Of a stretch of 64,000 nucleotides of DNA, positions 1 through 12,828 are shown piece by piece (positions within the stretch are counted from its first letter, which is position 1; each line of letters begins with the position of its first letter). The DNA is from Carcharhinus amblyrhynchos. Lineage: Eukaryota. The position numbers and the translations under genes were made by a program. The stretch is from NCBI GenBank assembly GCA_965287045.1, contig OZ336885.1, positions 63,922,001 through 63,986,000 on the forward strand. Direction: 5' to 3'. Below the pieces are notes generated by a model, which was not told where the DNA came from, searched no databases, and was given only the letters and a program-made list of their open reading frames with translations.

Positions 1-4
1 ATAC

Positions 5-31
5 CTCTTTCTTTTGCCTTAAGATTCGATT
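5..31 (-). CDS. Micro-exon, 27 nt, phase 1: (E)SNLKAKER
   Basis: cacctcgacag|AATCGAATCTTAAGGCAAAAGAAAGAG|gtat; the donor is cut by the window edge. Confidence 0.6.
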
Positions 32-544
32 CTGTCGAGGTGTAACAGGCAACCAAAGGATTTTGAATTTATCGAGTGAAGAGGCACATTGGAAAATGTT
101 GTTTGTGAACACAGTAAGTCAGTAAACGGTATTTAACAGTTGGTATCCCAAACTGCTAATGTTGTCATTATTACTTGATTGAATTTGAATTCGACGAACA
201 CTGCGTTGCTTTGGTAACACTCAAAACAAGTCCACATCCGTTGGTTCACGAAAGCCAAGGAAGAATACTTTTTAGGTTATCAATAGTCACAATGTAAGTA
301 ATGCCACAATCGGTTCGCACAGAGAATCCCATATAATGGATAATTGTAATTAGGTGCTGTTTTAAATTGGTCATCAATAATAACGAGGAGACAAACATTT
401 TGCACTGATACTAGTTTCAAATTTGCGCCAGAAGATGATAGGTCACAAGAGCGCAAATCTCGAAATGCACCTGTTCAAATAGGCAAAGATTAAACAACAC
501 ATATGTACTGTTCTTTCACTGACAAAGGTAAATAAGGATATCAT

Positions 545-1100
545 TTTGAACATGTATACAAAACTGGTGAGGGAATATCCTGGGTATTGTGTGAGTTTCT
601 GAACAACACATTACAGGAATGACATAATTGCTGTGGAGAGGCTTCAAAGGACATTGATAATAATGTTGTCAGGGTTAGAAATGTGTAGCTTTGAGGAGAG
701 AACAGGTAGGTTGCGGTTATTTTTCCTTTGAAAATGAAAGTGCACAAATATGACTTGTGAGAGGAAGAGATAGAGAGGACATTTTTTTTTTCCTTCGGTG
801 GAAACTTCCAGAACTAGTGGAGATAGATTCAGGATAAGTGGATGAAGGAGCACCGGGGACGTGATAAACAGTGCTTTGTAGCAAGGGGTGTTGTATGTAT
901 GGAATTCCTTGCCGAGTCGATGGTTGAGGAAGACAGCCAGAAAGCTTTTACAATCTAGTATCGCGACCTGAACCGTGAACTTTCTCATCAACAGGTCGAT
1001 GAATGCATTGCCAGCTGAAATTAAAAAGGTGGTTGGGTGTCTTCAGACTGGCATGGACATATTTTGTTCGATGATCTTCTTTTGTGCTGTTTCTTGTTGA
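545..1100 (+). mobile_element. Degenerate CR1 LINE 3' fragment
   Basis: Remnants of YKTLVR..CV.F..HYRNDIIAVERLQR, VWNSLP, and a ggcatggac..tgtgctgt tail. Confidence 0.7.
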
Positions 1101-1304
1101 TTGAACTTTATATCCGTATTGGCTCTCATATGACGTTCAGCGATTTTAAAGGTACATGATTTTCGAAACGAGCAGTTGAAAATGTAAACGAATTTGGATA
1201 TTCGGTTCCGATCCCTGCCAATGAAGAGATCACATAGCCTATTCAGAAACAAACCAAACAGAAATTGTGGAAAACCGAGCAGGTGGAGAACATTCCCCCA
1301 TCCC

Positions 1305-1348
1305 ACCACCCCCCCCCCCCCCCCCCCCGCCACCCCCCCACCCCCCCA
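1305..1348. repeat. Poly-C tract (G-quadruplex-prone on the minus strand)
   Basis: Near-pure C run. Confidence 0.85.
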
Positions 1349-1978
1349 ACTTTGCTCAAACCCAAGTTGTCTCATCCATATGAAATCGCATCATGCAAAA
1401 CGTGTTTTTGTTTTCTGATGGACATCGATCTCATCCTTACACTGATTTAATTAATTCATAGAATTTGTTCAGCAAACAAACATTTATGCTTTGAGTGTAC
1501 AGCAATTGCAGCAACATGCATCACCTGCAAGATGCATTATGTGAAGGAACAGATTTCTTATGTCGGACCTTGAAAACCCACAGCTACTACCAGCTGGCAT
1601 AACAACGAACGCATGCAAAATACGGAGCATGACCCGGAAGCTCCCTTCAAGTCGCCGCCCATTCTCATTTGGAAAAGTATTGCAGTACCGTCACTGCCAA
1701 CGAATCTAAAGCAGGAATTTAACTCACAATGTGCCTCGTGAGTGTGTGACAGGGAAGAGAGTGCAGTCATTGCTAACTCCAATTTTCGTGGCAATGAATC
1801 ATCATCGGTGCAACGGTGCACACAACAAGATAAAGGATATTAAGAACTCATAGTCATTTCAGCTAGGTCCATCTTCCACTTATCTATTATGTTACACTCC
1901 GCCCCCCCCCCCCCACCTCTTCTCCCAAATCTCTTCAGGAGTTGCGTTGATGAGATGTTTTCCATCTTTTCGAGATAC

Positions 1979-2026
1979 CTGGCGCTCGTCGCTGATGATG
2001 ACAATGTTCAGCTTCATTGGTGACTT
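1979..2026 (-). CDS. Candidate exon, 48 nt, phase 1: (E)VTNEAEHCHHQRRAP
   Basis: ctttactaactcag|...GCGCCAG|gtatct; multiple of 3 and open, but the acceptor is only moderate. Confidence 0.4.
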
Positions 2027-2517
2027 CTGAGTTAGTAAAGCAATCCACCTCCAAAAGCCTTTCAGGTTTGGTAAGTCGCATACACTCCACGGGTGTGCCG
2101 GAAATACAACATTGCTAACAGAAGAAAATATCTCCTCATAATATCACAGACTTAACTCCAATCTTGTCACCGTCTCTGGACTCAGAATGAACTTCGTAGA
2201 TGCTGATAGTGCCAGAACGAATTCCATTCTAGTCGAAACTCATGCATAGCTGCTATCTCCATACCAAATTGATGTTCGCAGCAGATTAAAAAAAAGCCTG
2301 AGTGCAAAGATGCCAGAAATAATAGATACATTGCCATCCCCACGAACTGTTCGCTGACGAACGATTTATCTAGATAATTGATGGTGCTTGTCAAAATGTT
2401 TAAGATTTAAATATTAATTAGGTGTTCAATACTGTGTCTTTATGCAAATGCAATTAAATTCTACATTGGTATCAGAGACGATGTCATTGTCAATTCATTT
2501 GCTCAGCGTTTTCTCAC

Positions 2518-2553
2518 CAGATTCTTCAAGTTTAGCCGTAAGATCTTTTATTT
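2518..2553 (-). CDS. Micro-exon, 36 nt, phase 1: (E)IKDLTAKLEES
   Basis: tttttttttgcttctgattaccag|AAATAAAAGATCTTACGGCTAAACTTGAAGAATCTG|gtgaga. Confidence 0.8.
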
Positions 2554-2856
2554 CTGGTAATCAGAAGCAAAAAAAAACTTTTGTTTCGACGTTTAATTTT
2601 GCTGTTTTACAACAACACTACTGCTGGAATGAAGATTTAACAGTCGTAATAACATGATTCCGTGCTCTTGCAGATGAAGGACATTACGATTATATCACTT
2701 ATGCTATGAAATCACAAAATATCCACTGCATTTTTTACAGAATGATTTTCTCTCCCTTGAATACCATTCATGAAATTCAGATTCAAAATGAGGGCGCTAC
2801 AGTTTGAGGTAACACCAATGACAAAAAGTTCGTGCAAATTGCATTATATAGCTCAC

Positions 2857-2862
2857 CTGAAT
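2857..2862 (-). CDS. Candidate micro-exon, 6 nt: (Y)S
   Basis: cctttctccaatataaaatag|ATTCAG|gtgagc; needed to avoid a T+AA stop between its neighbours. Confidence 0.45.
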
Positions 2863-3321
2863 CTATTTTATATTGGAGAAAGGTTAACAGTTGTAATTGT
2901 TGGCAGCATAAGTTTTTAAAATGCATTCCTCATGTTTGCTACACTGAAATTATCAGAGAAGTCAAAGTGAGAAATTGCATTATACATCAAAATGTACCAA
3001 ACGTTGCTGGGATGTATTACAACAAAATACTGAAAGTTTTTTTTGTGTGTGTTACTGGTATCTGATGCAATTGTGTCTCTTTCTGATTTATCAAATGCCG
3101 CTGATTGTCATTTAAATATGTTTGAACGCACCAGCTGTCTCGTCGTTTACGTTCCAAGACAGTCCCTCCAACTAGCGCTTCATAACCCTATCAGAATTCC
3201 ATGCAAAAATATTTTCTTTGGTAGAAATATTCCAAATACGAAGACGTAAGTATTTGTTGTTTGTGTTGCCTGTGCTTTATATTAGTGAATCCTGAGTCTT
3301 GCATTACTGATTCATAATTAC

Positions 3322-3360
3322 ACGCATTCTTGGTAGAGGCATTTCCACTGTAATTCGTTG
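3322..3360 (-). CDS. Micro-exon, 39 nt, phase 1: (P)TNYSGNASTKNA
   Basis: Strong T-rich acceptor ...tttcttag, donor CGT|gtaatt; two N-x-S sequons. Confidence 0.6.
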
Positions 3361-3559
3361 CTAAGAAAAAAAAAACAATGTTAACCTGGCGCCATCTCAC
3401 CTCCGCCAATCCAATTCTGGAATTGTGAGGTGAGAGCAATGGCGCCAGAGACTGGACTGATATAACTGAAGCCCCTACCCCTCACTCTTCAGTAAACTAC
3501 AATTAAGGACACAGCTGGAAGTATTAGCAGCACTTTTATGAAATGTATCATCCACACAG

Positions 3560-4190
3560 ATAAGATTGAGGCGAAGGGATTCAGAGAAGGTGATGGAGTT
3601 AAAAGGACGTGAGATTTGTGGAGTTTTATGGAAAGTGGCTGTGACAAAACCTGTAATAGATACAAGCAGGAACTGAAATTCACGAGAAATTGAGACCGAC
3701 GTCACGGCAGGGAAGGAAAATGTTGGAGATAGGTCATGTGAAGATGCACGAGAATTTGAAGACCAGAAGTGAACTTGATTTTTTTTTTACACATCCAGGT
3801 AAGAGAATGTTGTGTCAATGAAAACAGTCCTACCGATGAAAGAGTTGTTGGAGCGCAAAGTAAGACAGGGAAACAAAGGTTCAATATATTCCAAAAGGCA
3901 ACAGGCATAACTGATACGCACCTGGGTCCTCAGAGCCACACACCTTCTTGGCTGGATTTGAGGCAGGTTAAGCAGAAATAGTAAAGTGAAGATGAAATTG
4001 AGTCAGATGTAGGAAAGTTGCTATGGATGGGAATTGCTTGGGCCACTGGTCGATGACAAAAAACAGAGAGTTAACAACACATCTTGGTTCAGAATGGCCA
4101 CATAGAGGGAATGGATATTCACGGCAAAAAACAGGCGGTTGATTCACGGTTTTGGACGTTATATACAATTTGGGAAATCCTGGGCAACAC
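3560..4190 (-). mobile_element. Very old L2-like LINE 3' fragment
   Basis: Minus-strand remnants resembling the L2 ORF2 C-terminus (LNQ.V.NL.V..DP; LLVFK..PYL). Confidence 0.45.
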
Positions 4191-4199
4191 ATTACTTAC

Positions 4200-4226
4200 G
4201 GTTGATCTGCTGATTATCTTTGATTT
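4200..4226 (-). CDS. Micro-exon, 27 nt, phase 1: (E)IKDNQQIN
   Basis: ttcgttcttgctcag|AAATCAAAGATAATCAGCAGATCAACC|gtaagt. Confidence 0.75.
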
Positions 4227-4899
4227 CTGAGCAAGAACGAAATTAACATATTCATAATGATCCAATACTAAAACACTTTAGAGTCTATAGGCAGAACTCA
4301 AAAGGGTGGACAATTTTCCCTTCTGCAATTAGTTTTATGCTGCACGTTCTCCTTGCAAAAGTAATACAGAATCGTGAGTTTCGAGACCTTCAGAGACAAT
4401 GGGTTGCTCAGCTTGAACGTGCCTTGTTTGGTCTCTGTTATTCCCTGCGGTGATTTTTTTTTTCAATCACAATGCTAAAAATAATATCTATGTCCGCCTG
4501 CAAAGGATGGTAGGATATCCGATATTGATGTTGGGTTCACTTATCTGAGCATTTTCTTTGAATTGAGTTCATTAAATAAATGCAATATTATAGATTTCTA
4601 TGAGCAATATGATTTACCGGACGGCATATATGCTTTTAGTAAGCTCCACAATGCTCGTGTGCAGTCTCAAAAGGAAGACCAGCAACGTTACTTAATTTGT
4701 TCTCTTCCAAACCACTTATACACAGAGGAGGTTGATGATATGGGCTTCAATTAGATGTGTCACTGACTCTGCTTCGTAAGTGATCAAAGTATTTCACGTC
4801 TGATACTCAGAGAACGGATGGCCAAATCACTCTTGTCAGGAATTTTCATGAGACATATCCGATTGTGTTCCAAGTTAGAAAAGAAACATGTTTGTCTTA

Positions 4900-5318
4900 T
4901 GTTACACAGTGCATGGGCACTGAAGAAGAGAAAGGGTTAATGAATGATGTACTTAGAATTTGTGCACTAGCATTGCAAACCTTATCTGTTTATGCAGGCT
5001 TTTGTGCCAACTAAACATAGCTAAAGAGCTGCAGACGCTGAACCGCGATAACGGCTGTTTGTAAGGAGCTGCAATCGAGACTGGAGCCATAAGAACTGTG
5101 GTCGTGACTGGAGCTGGGAACTGAGACTGTGACTGGGCCCGGGGACTGTGTCGCGACTAGGAGTGGAATACATAATATATAAATATCCACACTTACTTGT
5201 ACTTGGGGAGAAGTCTGCCAGATCGCTTCATGAAACAAATTCTCCCAAAAGCTTTTGTAATAAAGACACTGTAATTTGACTCAGTCACAACCTCAGAGGT
5301 ATTATTTTACCTACAACA
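4900..5318 (+). mobile_element. Possible solo LTR
   Basis: Internal gactggagc-type repeats, TATA-like tatataaa, AATAAA then a terminal ...ctacaaca; 5' end and TSD not identified. Confidence 0.4.
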
Positions 5319-6366
5319 GGGACCATGTGCTGAAGCAGGCATGAACATGTTGTTTGTTTTCTTGGCCAAAATAAACACAGAGACTATTTATTCCATGACT
5401 TTTTTTTTCAGATAAAGTAAGCAACGGTCCGTTATTCTATTCCTGGCTTTTAGTTGTTCCAAGTGTATATTTCCAATATTAAATACGTCCTGTGAACATC
5501 TGTTAAGAAATAACGGAAGCTCATTATTTATTTAATGATTTAGCATTTTATGTTCAGGTATAATGCCTGCGAACATTGTTTGATCGTGCACCTCGACATA
5601 TGCTTTGTGAACCCTAACATATCAATCGATTTCATAAGCCTCTGCCCCGTTCCAAAATTTGGTGCATTATTCTTATCAAGCTGGAAGTAAAAAAAAACAT
5701 GTAAACTTTTTTTTAGGAAAGACAATAACATTTATATGTGCAGAAATCCATTAGAGGTGTCGGTGCTTTTGAAGAAAGAAGTCTGTCGAAAAGTTGCCTT
5801 CGTCTTTTGCTTTGATTTTCCAGAGTGTTTGGGGGTGCAGAGTGAACAGCACAACGTCGAAAGAAACATAATATTTATTGTGTGAGTGAATTTCATTATG
5901 GTAAAACAAAACATGCTACACACAAAATGCTAAATGGAATTACATGTTGATTGTATCCTGGATACATAACTCATGGCCGTTCAGTTCAATACTCATGATA
6001 CAGAGTTCAGCGGACATAGTTGCTGGACACTCTTAGATGGCCATTCTGTTTATGTTCGGCTGGGCACATTATAATACATGTCAACAGAAACCACATTGTG
6101 CCTATCGCCATATACTGCACTGTACGTTAACGATGCCATTTTAAATGCAAACAATACGCTTGCAAAATGTTTAGAAGCAATAATATTTGTCATATCAAAT
6201 AACAGTAAGCCACTTGTTGCTCACTTAGATCTTTTAGGGATCGTTGACAGTCGCTCAGATCTGCAATTCAGAAAATGGAAAACCCAGTCTGAAAAAATGA
6301 ACAAGAATTGACAGATGTCCTATTGCATGAACGTGGACTTTAATAAGTTTGCTTGGTACATCTTAC

Positions 6367-6387
6367 CCGTTGGTGTCGACGAAACGA
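6367..6387 (-). CDS. Candidate micro-exon, 21 nt, phase 1: (F)VSSTPT
   Basis: Strong donor CGG|gtaaga, weak aag acceptor; needed to avoid a T+AA stop between exons 7167-7178 and 4200-4226. Confidence 0.45.
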
Positions 6388-6599
6388 CTTTTCAGGACAC
6401 AATTGCGAAATTGCAGATGATGTCAACCAATGAATTAGAAGAAGGGAATTTGATGATACGGTAGACGTCTGCAGACAGTCTTAGAGAATGTGAACACAAA
6501 CTACAGGTTACAGTTATGGACAACTGTTTCGCATGCAGTTAGAATGCAAGACAATCATGTATTTTAACATTGTATAGAATTTGACCCTGGGGCTTCTCC

Positions 6600-7050
6600 T
6601 GGGAATTATTAAATTGCAGCCATTGAAGTGAGCATGGAGTTGTCATGAAATCAATGCAGGATGCTTACATTTGGGGAAATGCAAAGCAGGAAACAGACTT
6701 CCTGGTAAACCCGCATGGGACTGCAGTTCTGACTCAAGTAGAAGATCGTGGATAATATGGGTATCACAGTTCAGCAAGAGGTAAGGATGTCACCGAGGGT
6801 GACAATACATTGCTGAGTCTCCAAGAACAAAAAATGTATACGCCTACGTGGGGGACTTGGGGTAATTTGCAGCTCCGGGGACTTCTTACGATAAAGTTGA
6901 ACTTATACTTGATTAAGATTTGGAATGACATGAACATGGAATGACGGCAGAACCTTTTAATACTTGGACTGGTTATGAGGCCAAACATGTTCGGTGATTG
7001 GAAGCAAAACTCGGCGAGGCATTGGGAATAAATAGGGTTCTGCAGATCGT
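6600..7050 (+). mobile_element. Degenerate CR1 fragment
   Basis: Remnant of the M.FN..C..LHFG..Q..F.VN region downstream of RT. Confidence 0.5.
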
Positions 7051-7166
7051 TCAGCTCAGTAGTGCATTACCAAATAATATTTTGAGCGCATATTTCAATA
7101 TAATGAAAAAATGAACGCTGCATCAATTGTTTTTCTTTCCCCTGCGTGGATTGCTAAATTACTCAC

Positions 7167-7178
7167 ACAGAGGACAGG
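7167..7178 (-). CDS. Micro-exon, 12 nt, phase 1: (A)CPL
   Basis: cttcttctttccctctatacag|CCTGTCCTCTGT|gtgagt. Confidence 0.7.
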
Positions 7179-7300
7179 CTGTATAGAGGGAAAGAAGAAG
7201 CGTGGCTTCATGCTGTTCTTAAATCAATCATATTATTTGATTTGGTGCCAATGCTGAAAGTCTTTTCAAAAGAGTCGTTTGCTGCCAAGCAGAGTGGTAC

Positions 7301-7488
7301 GGCGCAGCACAGTAGCACAGTTGTTAGGAGTGTTGTCTCACAGCGCCAGAGAGCCGGGCTCAATTCACATCTTGACTCACTGCCTGCGCGGTGCCGACAC
7401 ATTTTCTCCGCGTCAGTTTGTGTTTCAACTGGTTCCCTCCCACGGATCGAAATACGTGCTGTTAGTTAAATTAGCGATGTCAAATTAT
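7301..7488 (+). mobile_element. HE1-like tRNA V-SINE (old)
   Basis: gcagcacagtagcacagttgttag..ctcacagcgccag..; homologous to the young copy at 51498-51835. Confidence 0.8.
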
Positions 7489-8259
7489 TGTTCTTAAATG
7501 TGAGGAACAGCCAAGTCTTCCGAATGCGAATAGAATCTTCCATTGATTTCACTGCTGCAAATCCTTATGGAGAACAAAGAGGTATTGTGCAGGAAAATAC
7601 AACTTGCAGTGGCAAAGAACCGCAATTTATCAAAGCCGCACAATTAATTTTGCTAAAGTATTATCTCTGAAAACATGAATAACGAAACGGAACACCACAT
7701 TAATTCTCGTGACTTAACCTCTGACAATGTAGAAACTCGGCCTTCCATGAACATGAACATTAACATTAGTGAAGAGGCAAATGCTTGTTCACTAAAATCA
7801 TGTCACGCAAAGATCGTGTCTGCATATATGTTGTCAGGCCGTGCCACATTAAATCGAGGTGTTAGAATGTACTTTTTTGTTATTATTTTCCTCTTGCTTT
7901 TCCTTGAAAATTTTCAATCCTGATTTTGGAAATGCTGAGAACTTCCTCATGATTATCATTCAGCACAGAATAGAAGGGCATCGCCGAGCCGTTTGCACCT
8001 GTTCGAACGTTGTATTTTACACGGTATCTTTTTCAGGATTGCAAAAGTCATAAATCCTCACCGCCTGAAGGAACAGGGCTTTCCAAGAAAAGATACGAAT
8101 TTTATCAGAGGTCTGACAACGAAGAGGCTTAAATATCCTCATGATAATTTGAGCCGAGATCTCAAATGGAAGCTTAAGCTACAGTAGAGTTATGTTTCAG
8201 ACTTTGGTTTATTCGTCGTCTATTTCGACAGTCATATATTACATTATATTTCCACTAAC

Positions 8260-8274
8260 CGTTTTCACATTTCT
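8260..8274 (-). CDS. Micro-exon, 15 nt, phase 1: (E)KCEN
   Basis: tttctttctttctgttacag|AGAAATGTGAAAACG|gttagt. Confidence 0.7.
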
Positions 8275-8839
8275 CTGTAACAGAAAGAAAGAAATTATTG
8301 TGAAAACGATGATCCAATTAAAGGTAATTTTCTCGAATTACAATAATCACGTGGCTGCAGAAACTACTGTTAAGCTGAATAGAGAAGTGGAGAACGTTTA
8401 GAATGATATTGAATGGTTCATATTATTTTGATAACCGAACAGTCTATTCCGTCTTTAATCCTACATTGTGACCAATCGTTTTGTCGAAAAAAAAGTCAGT
8501 GGTGGAACTCAAGTTGGAACATGCAGCAAGATTAATTGAACAGCGATCCTCGGATTTCATGAGTATTCTGTGCGATCCTCCTTTCCCTGCTGGGTATCCA
8601 GATATTTTTTTTCAATTTCAAGTCAACAACTTGTTATGCTCACCCGAAATCTCCAAACACGTAGTTATTGCGCATGCATCTTCATTTAAATTCAGTGCCA
8701 GATCATTGTGCAGGCTGAACCAACACAGTGAGCTATTGAAACAGGTTGAGTAGCGCAAAGTCCTAATGTCCTGGTGGGGTTTTCAAAGAAAGATTTTCAC
8801 GCGGGGCCTTCTGAAAGACGCCGAAACAGACTTAATTTA

Positions 8840-8900
8840 AATAATAATAATAATCATCATCATCATCATCATCATCGTCGTCATCATCATCATCATCATA
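8840..8900. repeat. (AAT)n(CAT)n compound microsatellite
   Basis: Directly visible. Confidence 0.95.
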
Positions 8901-9032
8901 ACCGTAAACGCCCAACACTTCACTCTCTCCTATTTCAATTAGAAAACCAGGAAGTTGTGTCTGTGTAAATGTAAAATAATCAGTAGGAAATGAAATTACA
9001 GTATAACGTAGTTTTATTTTTAATTTGTTTAC

Positions 9033-9068
9033 CTAAAGCTTTTGCTGTTTCTTCATATTTGCTGAACT
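9033..9068 (-). CDS. Micro-exon, 36 nt, phase 1: (E)FSKYEETAKAL
   Basis: attatgtatttcag|AGTTCAGCAAATATGAAGAAACAGCAAAAGCTTTAG|gtaaac. Confidence 0.7.
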   Translation of the reverse strand, partial: SSANMKKQQKL

Positions 9069-9738
9069 CTGAAATACATAATGTTACTTTACAACAAGAA
9101 TTATGCTGCAGGTATATTTTAAATCAGCCTTGGAAACTCTTAAAACTTTTTCTTCAGTAGATGATGCATTGCACATATTGATTCCTCGACTTGAAAATAA
9201 AACATTCGTAAACAGTTAGCGTGAAAATATAATCGTACTTGACTGCAAGACGGAAATGCTTGTTCTCTACAGGCGAACTTGAAAATGATGCAAACTCAGG
9301 TTGACATTTCATGAATTGTTGCACGAGAAAATACAACAATCTTGAAACGCTTGACAAGGTGTCTCCTCACATTAAACCATTTTTTAATGTTCACCAGTCA
9401 GATCGAGGTGGAGATGGGAATAATTTAGCTCACCAAATGAGATGGTTCTGCAGGTTGACGAATTCGGCCTTTTCGAAATGGATGATGTTAAACAGGCGGC
9501 GTTCAGAGAAAAAGAAAACAAGAAGAAAATGAACACAAAGAAACGGCGGCATGCACAAGTAGGGCCAAAGGGCCTGCTTCCATGCCTTTAACCTCTATGA
9601 TTCTGTGACATCATCTATTCAATATCAAGTATGATAAATGCCTGCAATCTGGCGCTCTTCCAGCAGAGACAATTTGCACAACAACGTTCCTGCTAATCAA
9701 GTGAAACCGCTGAGTACCTGTGCAGTATGTAAACTTAC

Positions 9739-9753
9739 CCTTCTTTAACTTTT
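9739..9753 (-). CDS. Micro-exon, 15 nt, phase 1: (E)KLKK
   Basis: ctgcacaaatcacag|AAAAGTTAAAGAAGG|gtaagt. Confidence 0.75.
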
Positions 9754-9959
9754 CTGTGATTTGTGCAGATAAGTTTAAAATATTTGGTTAATTTTGGTAT
9801 CTCCCCATTGGAGGTAATTAGTTGATACATTAATATTTAAATACACTAGCAACAGCACTATTCTCTTCTGAACACTAATATCGTTATAGAAAATACGATT
9901 CTTGGGGTTTAATCCAATCGAATCCGGCACGATTATATTGAGTGAAGGAACACATTCCA

Positions 9960-11600
9960 GTGCCAAAACGCCGACTCATATTCCCATTCCATTTGTCATT
10001 ACGTTCTGCCATTAAATGTGATCTTGGCCGGCCATTCAACTCAACCGACCTTTCCCCATGCACCTGATGTATGTGTAATCCAGTACTCTACCCACATCAA
10101 CGTGTAAACACACTCAACGATCAACCTGAATGGCTTCAAGAGATCTCCAGAAATCGGCGAACATCCGAGAGGGCTCGAATCACATTTTCTCATTGCTAAA
10201 TAACGTCCTTTTACCGCCAGCTGCAAGACCGTGTTCTAAGCCGGCCAGATGAAGTAACATTCCTGCATCGAGTCAATCGACTCCAGTGCGAATTTCATCA
10301 ATGTGAGTTTAACCCACTCTTTCTTATTTATGCACAAGTGAATGCGGAAGCCGATACAATTTGTCCCCATGTGAAAAAACGGAAATCCCAATAATACTTT
10401 TAAACGTTGGTGCATCTCCAATCCGACAATTGTATTCTACCCTATATAGTTAAGCATAAATGCCGAAATCACGTGTTCTCTTTCATCGAAGGAAGCATAA
10501 CACTTGCCTTCCTCATTGCTTGCCAAAAACGTTGATTTCATGTTTTTTTTTGCCGAAGATCAACCAGATGCCTTTATCTTCCGATATGTCTTTCCTTTAT
10601 TTACGTTTTCAACAATGCCGTCTGACTCCCGTTTCAAATGGATAACATCATATTTATTCTGATTATAATGGATCATTTTTACGTCTGCCTGTTCACTCAA
10701 CATATCCACATCACTTTGCTGGACTGTAATGTAATCCGCACCATGCAGATTACCACCAAATGTCAGCAGTATATTTGAAAATGTTACATTTAGTTCTGCC
10801 ATGCAAACAATTTATATGCATTGTCAGTAGCAGTTCCCAAACACTGATCCTCGCAGGAAAAGGCTAGTTGCAGTCTTTCTCTTTGAAAACCGTCACTGAA
10901 CTTATTACCTGCTACGGAATTATCAATCAATGACACCGATGCATTCTTAACATGTGATGGCCTAGGTGTCACAGTTGGACAAAAACGCTGAAGAATAATG
11001 GGATTTTAAGACTAGTTTTGTTGTGGCAGCATGCTGAAGTTGACAGCAATCGTGACGAGTCATAGTTTGCAATCAGAAACTGGCATTTAGTTCTTGATAT
11101 ATTTCCGTCGGAAAACACATTGCAAATATTTAGCAAAAACAGAAAAAAAAGCTGGAAGTGTAATTGTTTAGTACAGCAATTTTGCAACTTTCTTTTTATT
11201 CAATTCATCGTACCTTTTTTCAAGTTCAGTTGTTTACGTTCAGGACACGTGAATAATACTGGGAGCTGTAACCGGTTACTCCAACATATTCATGCTTTAC
11301 AATCTAGTGGAGTAGTGGACGTTTTGATGCTGAGCCATTTTCCCCAATTACAAATGGTGATCTATTTCCTGACAATATACGAACATAACAAATGGAATAA
11401 GATGGAGGATGTTTGCCACATCCAACATCCACAACCAATCCACAATAATAACAGTGATCTAATTATGCCTCAGTTCCAATTCAACCATGCTCCTTGTAAC
11501 CAGTACTCAACAGGGCAAATGCCAGCTGCAATCGTTAGCCTCGTTTCTATATTCACAGATGTTTAGAAGCTCTTGATTATGGGCAAAATTTCGAAATCAT
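9960..11600 (-). mobile_element. Degenerate CR1 LINE (RT and 3' end)
   Basis: ORF remnants like QSDVDMLSEQA..M.YN..K.DVIHL and QGSVLG; CR1 3' tail near 10000. Confidence 0.7.
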
Positions 11601-12542
11601 TTCCGATTTCCAGCACTTATTTTACACTATTGTGATCCAACTGTTTTTGAACTTCGTTCAGCATAAAGATTTAAGGTTAAGTACATTTATTTGTGTTTAT
11701 CATGTGATAACGAATATACCACGCTGAATGGTAGTGCGCATACCACAAAATACCAACTTTATCTCTGAACTTATTTAATGGCAGAGCATTATTAAGGGTC
11801 AGAATGCTGTCTCTGCTCCCAATTCATTCGTTCTGTTCTTTGTTCAGGATCAGTTATTTGAGCTTGCTATTATATACCTCAGAACTTCACTTAAAATTTG
11901 CTATTGTAGTTACGCTAAACGTGACACGTTATCAAATGTCTGTTTTAATCGAAATGCTCCTAAGACTATGTATTGCCCTCTATCCACGCTGTTGCATTAA
12001 TCAGAAAGGGAAAAAAAAGCTGATCAATCAATCATGATTTCCCTTTGACAAAAGCATGTTACTATTAATTGAATATATTGTAGTTTTTCTAAATGTGCTT
12101 CTTCCACTGTCAATATTTCTCACGGCATTTGAGTGTGCAATATTGAGGGTTGCTTCTCCTACATGTTCCATCATTTTGACTCCATCTGCATATTTCACAG
12201 AGCTGGTTATTTGGTCATATGCTATTTACTGTTATGTTCCAAATGAATTTCCGCCTGACTATTATTAAAACGTAGCAAACTATTGTTACCGCGTCAGATC
12301 ATGACTTGTTTCATTACAGTGTTGAGGATTGGTTTAACCCATCCAAACTGAGCACCATATGCATTTTGGAATCGTTTGCTAACATAATGCCCAACATCAA
12401 GAACAGAAAACCATACACTATTAACAAGTTGCACTTCAATTTGGTAATCTCAAATGTTTTTCATATGTTTAACTGTAATATATATATATATAAATATGAT
12501 TTGTGTGAAAGTTGAATAGTGCAATTAATAATGCTTACTCAC

Positions 12543-12578
12543 CAAATTTATAATGAAGTTCTTTGCAGTCGCTCAGTT
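12543..12578 (-). CDS. Micro-exon, 36 nt, phase 1: (E)LSDCKELHYKF
   Basis: ttttttgttatccgtgttgacattgcag|AACTGAGC...AAATTTG|gtgagt; only phase 1 is open. Confidence 0.8.
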
Positions 12579-12675
12579 CTGCAATGTCAACACGGATAAC
12601 AAAAAATAATAAACTAACTACAGCTTAAATTGCCACCGGAAAGAAAGTTAATGTTTATTTTCCATATTCACATAC

Positions 12676-12684
12676 CTACAGCTT
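12676..12684 (-). CDS. Micro-exon, 9 nt, phase 1: (E)AV
   Basis: gatttgcag|AAGCTGTAG|gtatgt; 97-nt intron to the next exon. Confidence 0.55.
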   Translation of the reverse strand, partial: KL

Positions 12685-12828
12685 CTGCAAATCTATCATG
12701 TTTCAATTGCGAAGGTGTCTAGTTGTTAATTGATCTGGCAAATCTTCCGCATTATGCAAGTCTCAATAACACATTTCTGTGGCCGCAGTGGAAGGACCCA
12801 CATCCAGCAAATTGTCGTGACTTGCTAC

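Noticed and set aside
24-113. Plus-strand 90-nt exon candidate (IRFCRGVTGNQRILNLSSEEAHWKMLFVNT, donor gtaagt)
   Set aside because: Its pyrimidine tract is the complement of the purine-rich minus exon 5-31; no partner exons or recognisable homology.
1043-1450. Poly-Gly/poly-Pro ORFs
   Set aside because: Artefacts of the C tract.
8774-8968. Poly-His ORF
   Set aside because: Translation of the (CAT)n microsatellite.
11744-11764. 21-nt minus candidate exon (E)IKLVFC
   Set aside because: Acceptor lacks a pyrimidine tract; not supportable.
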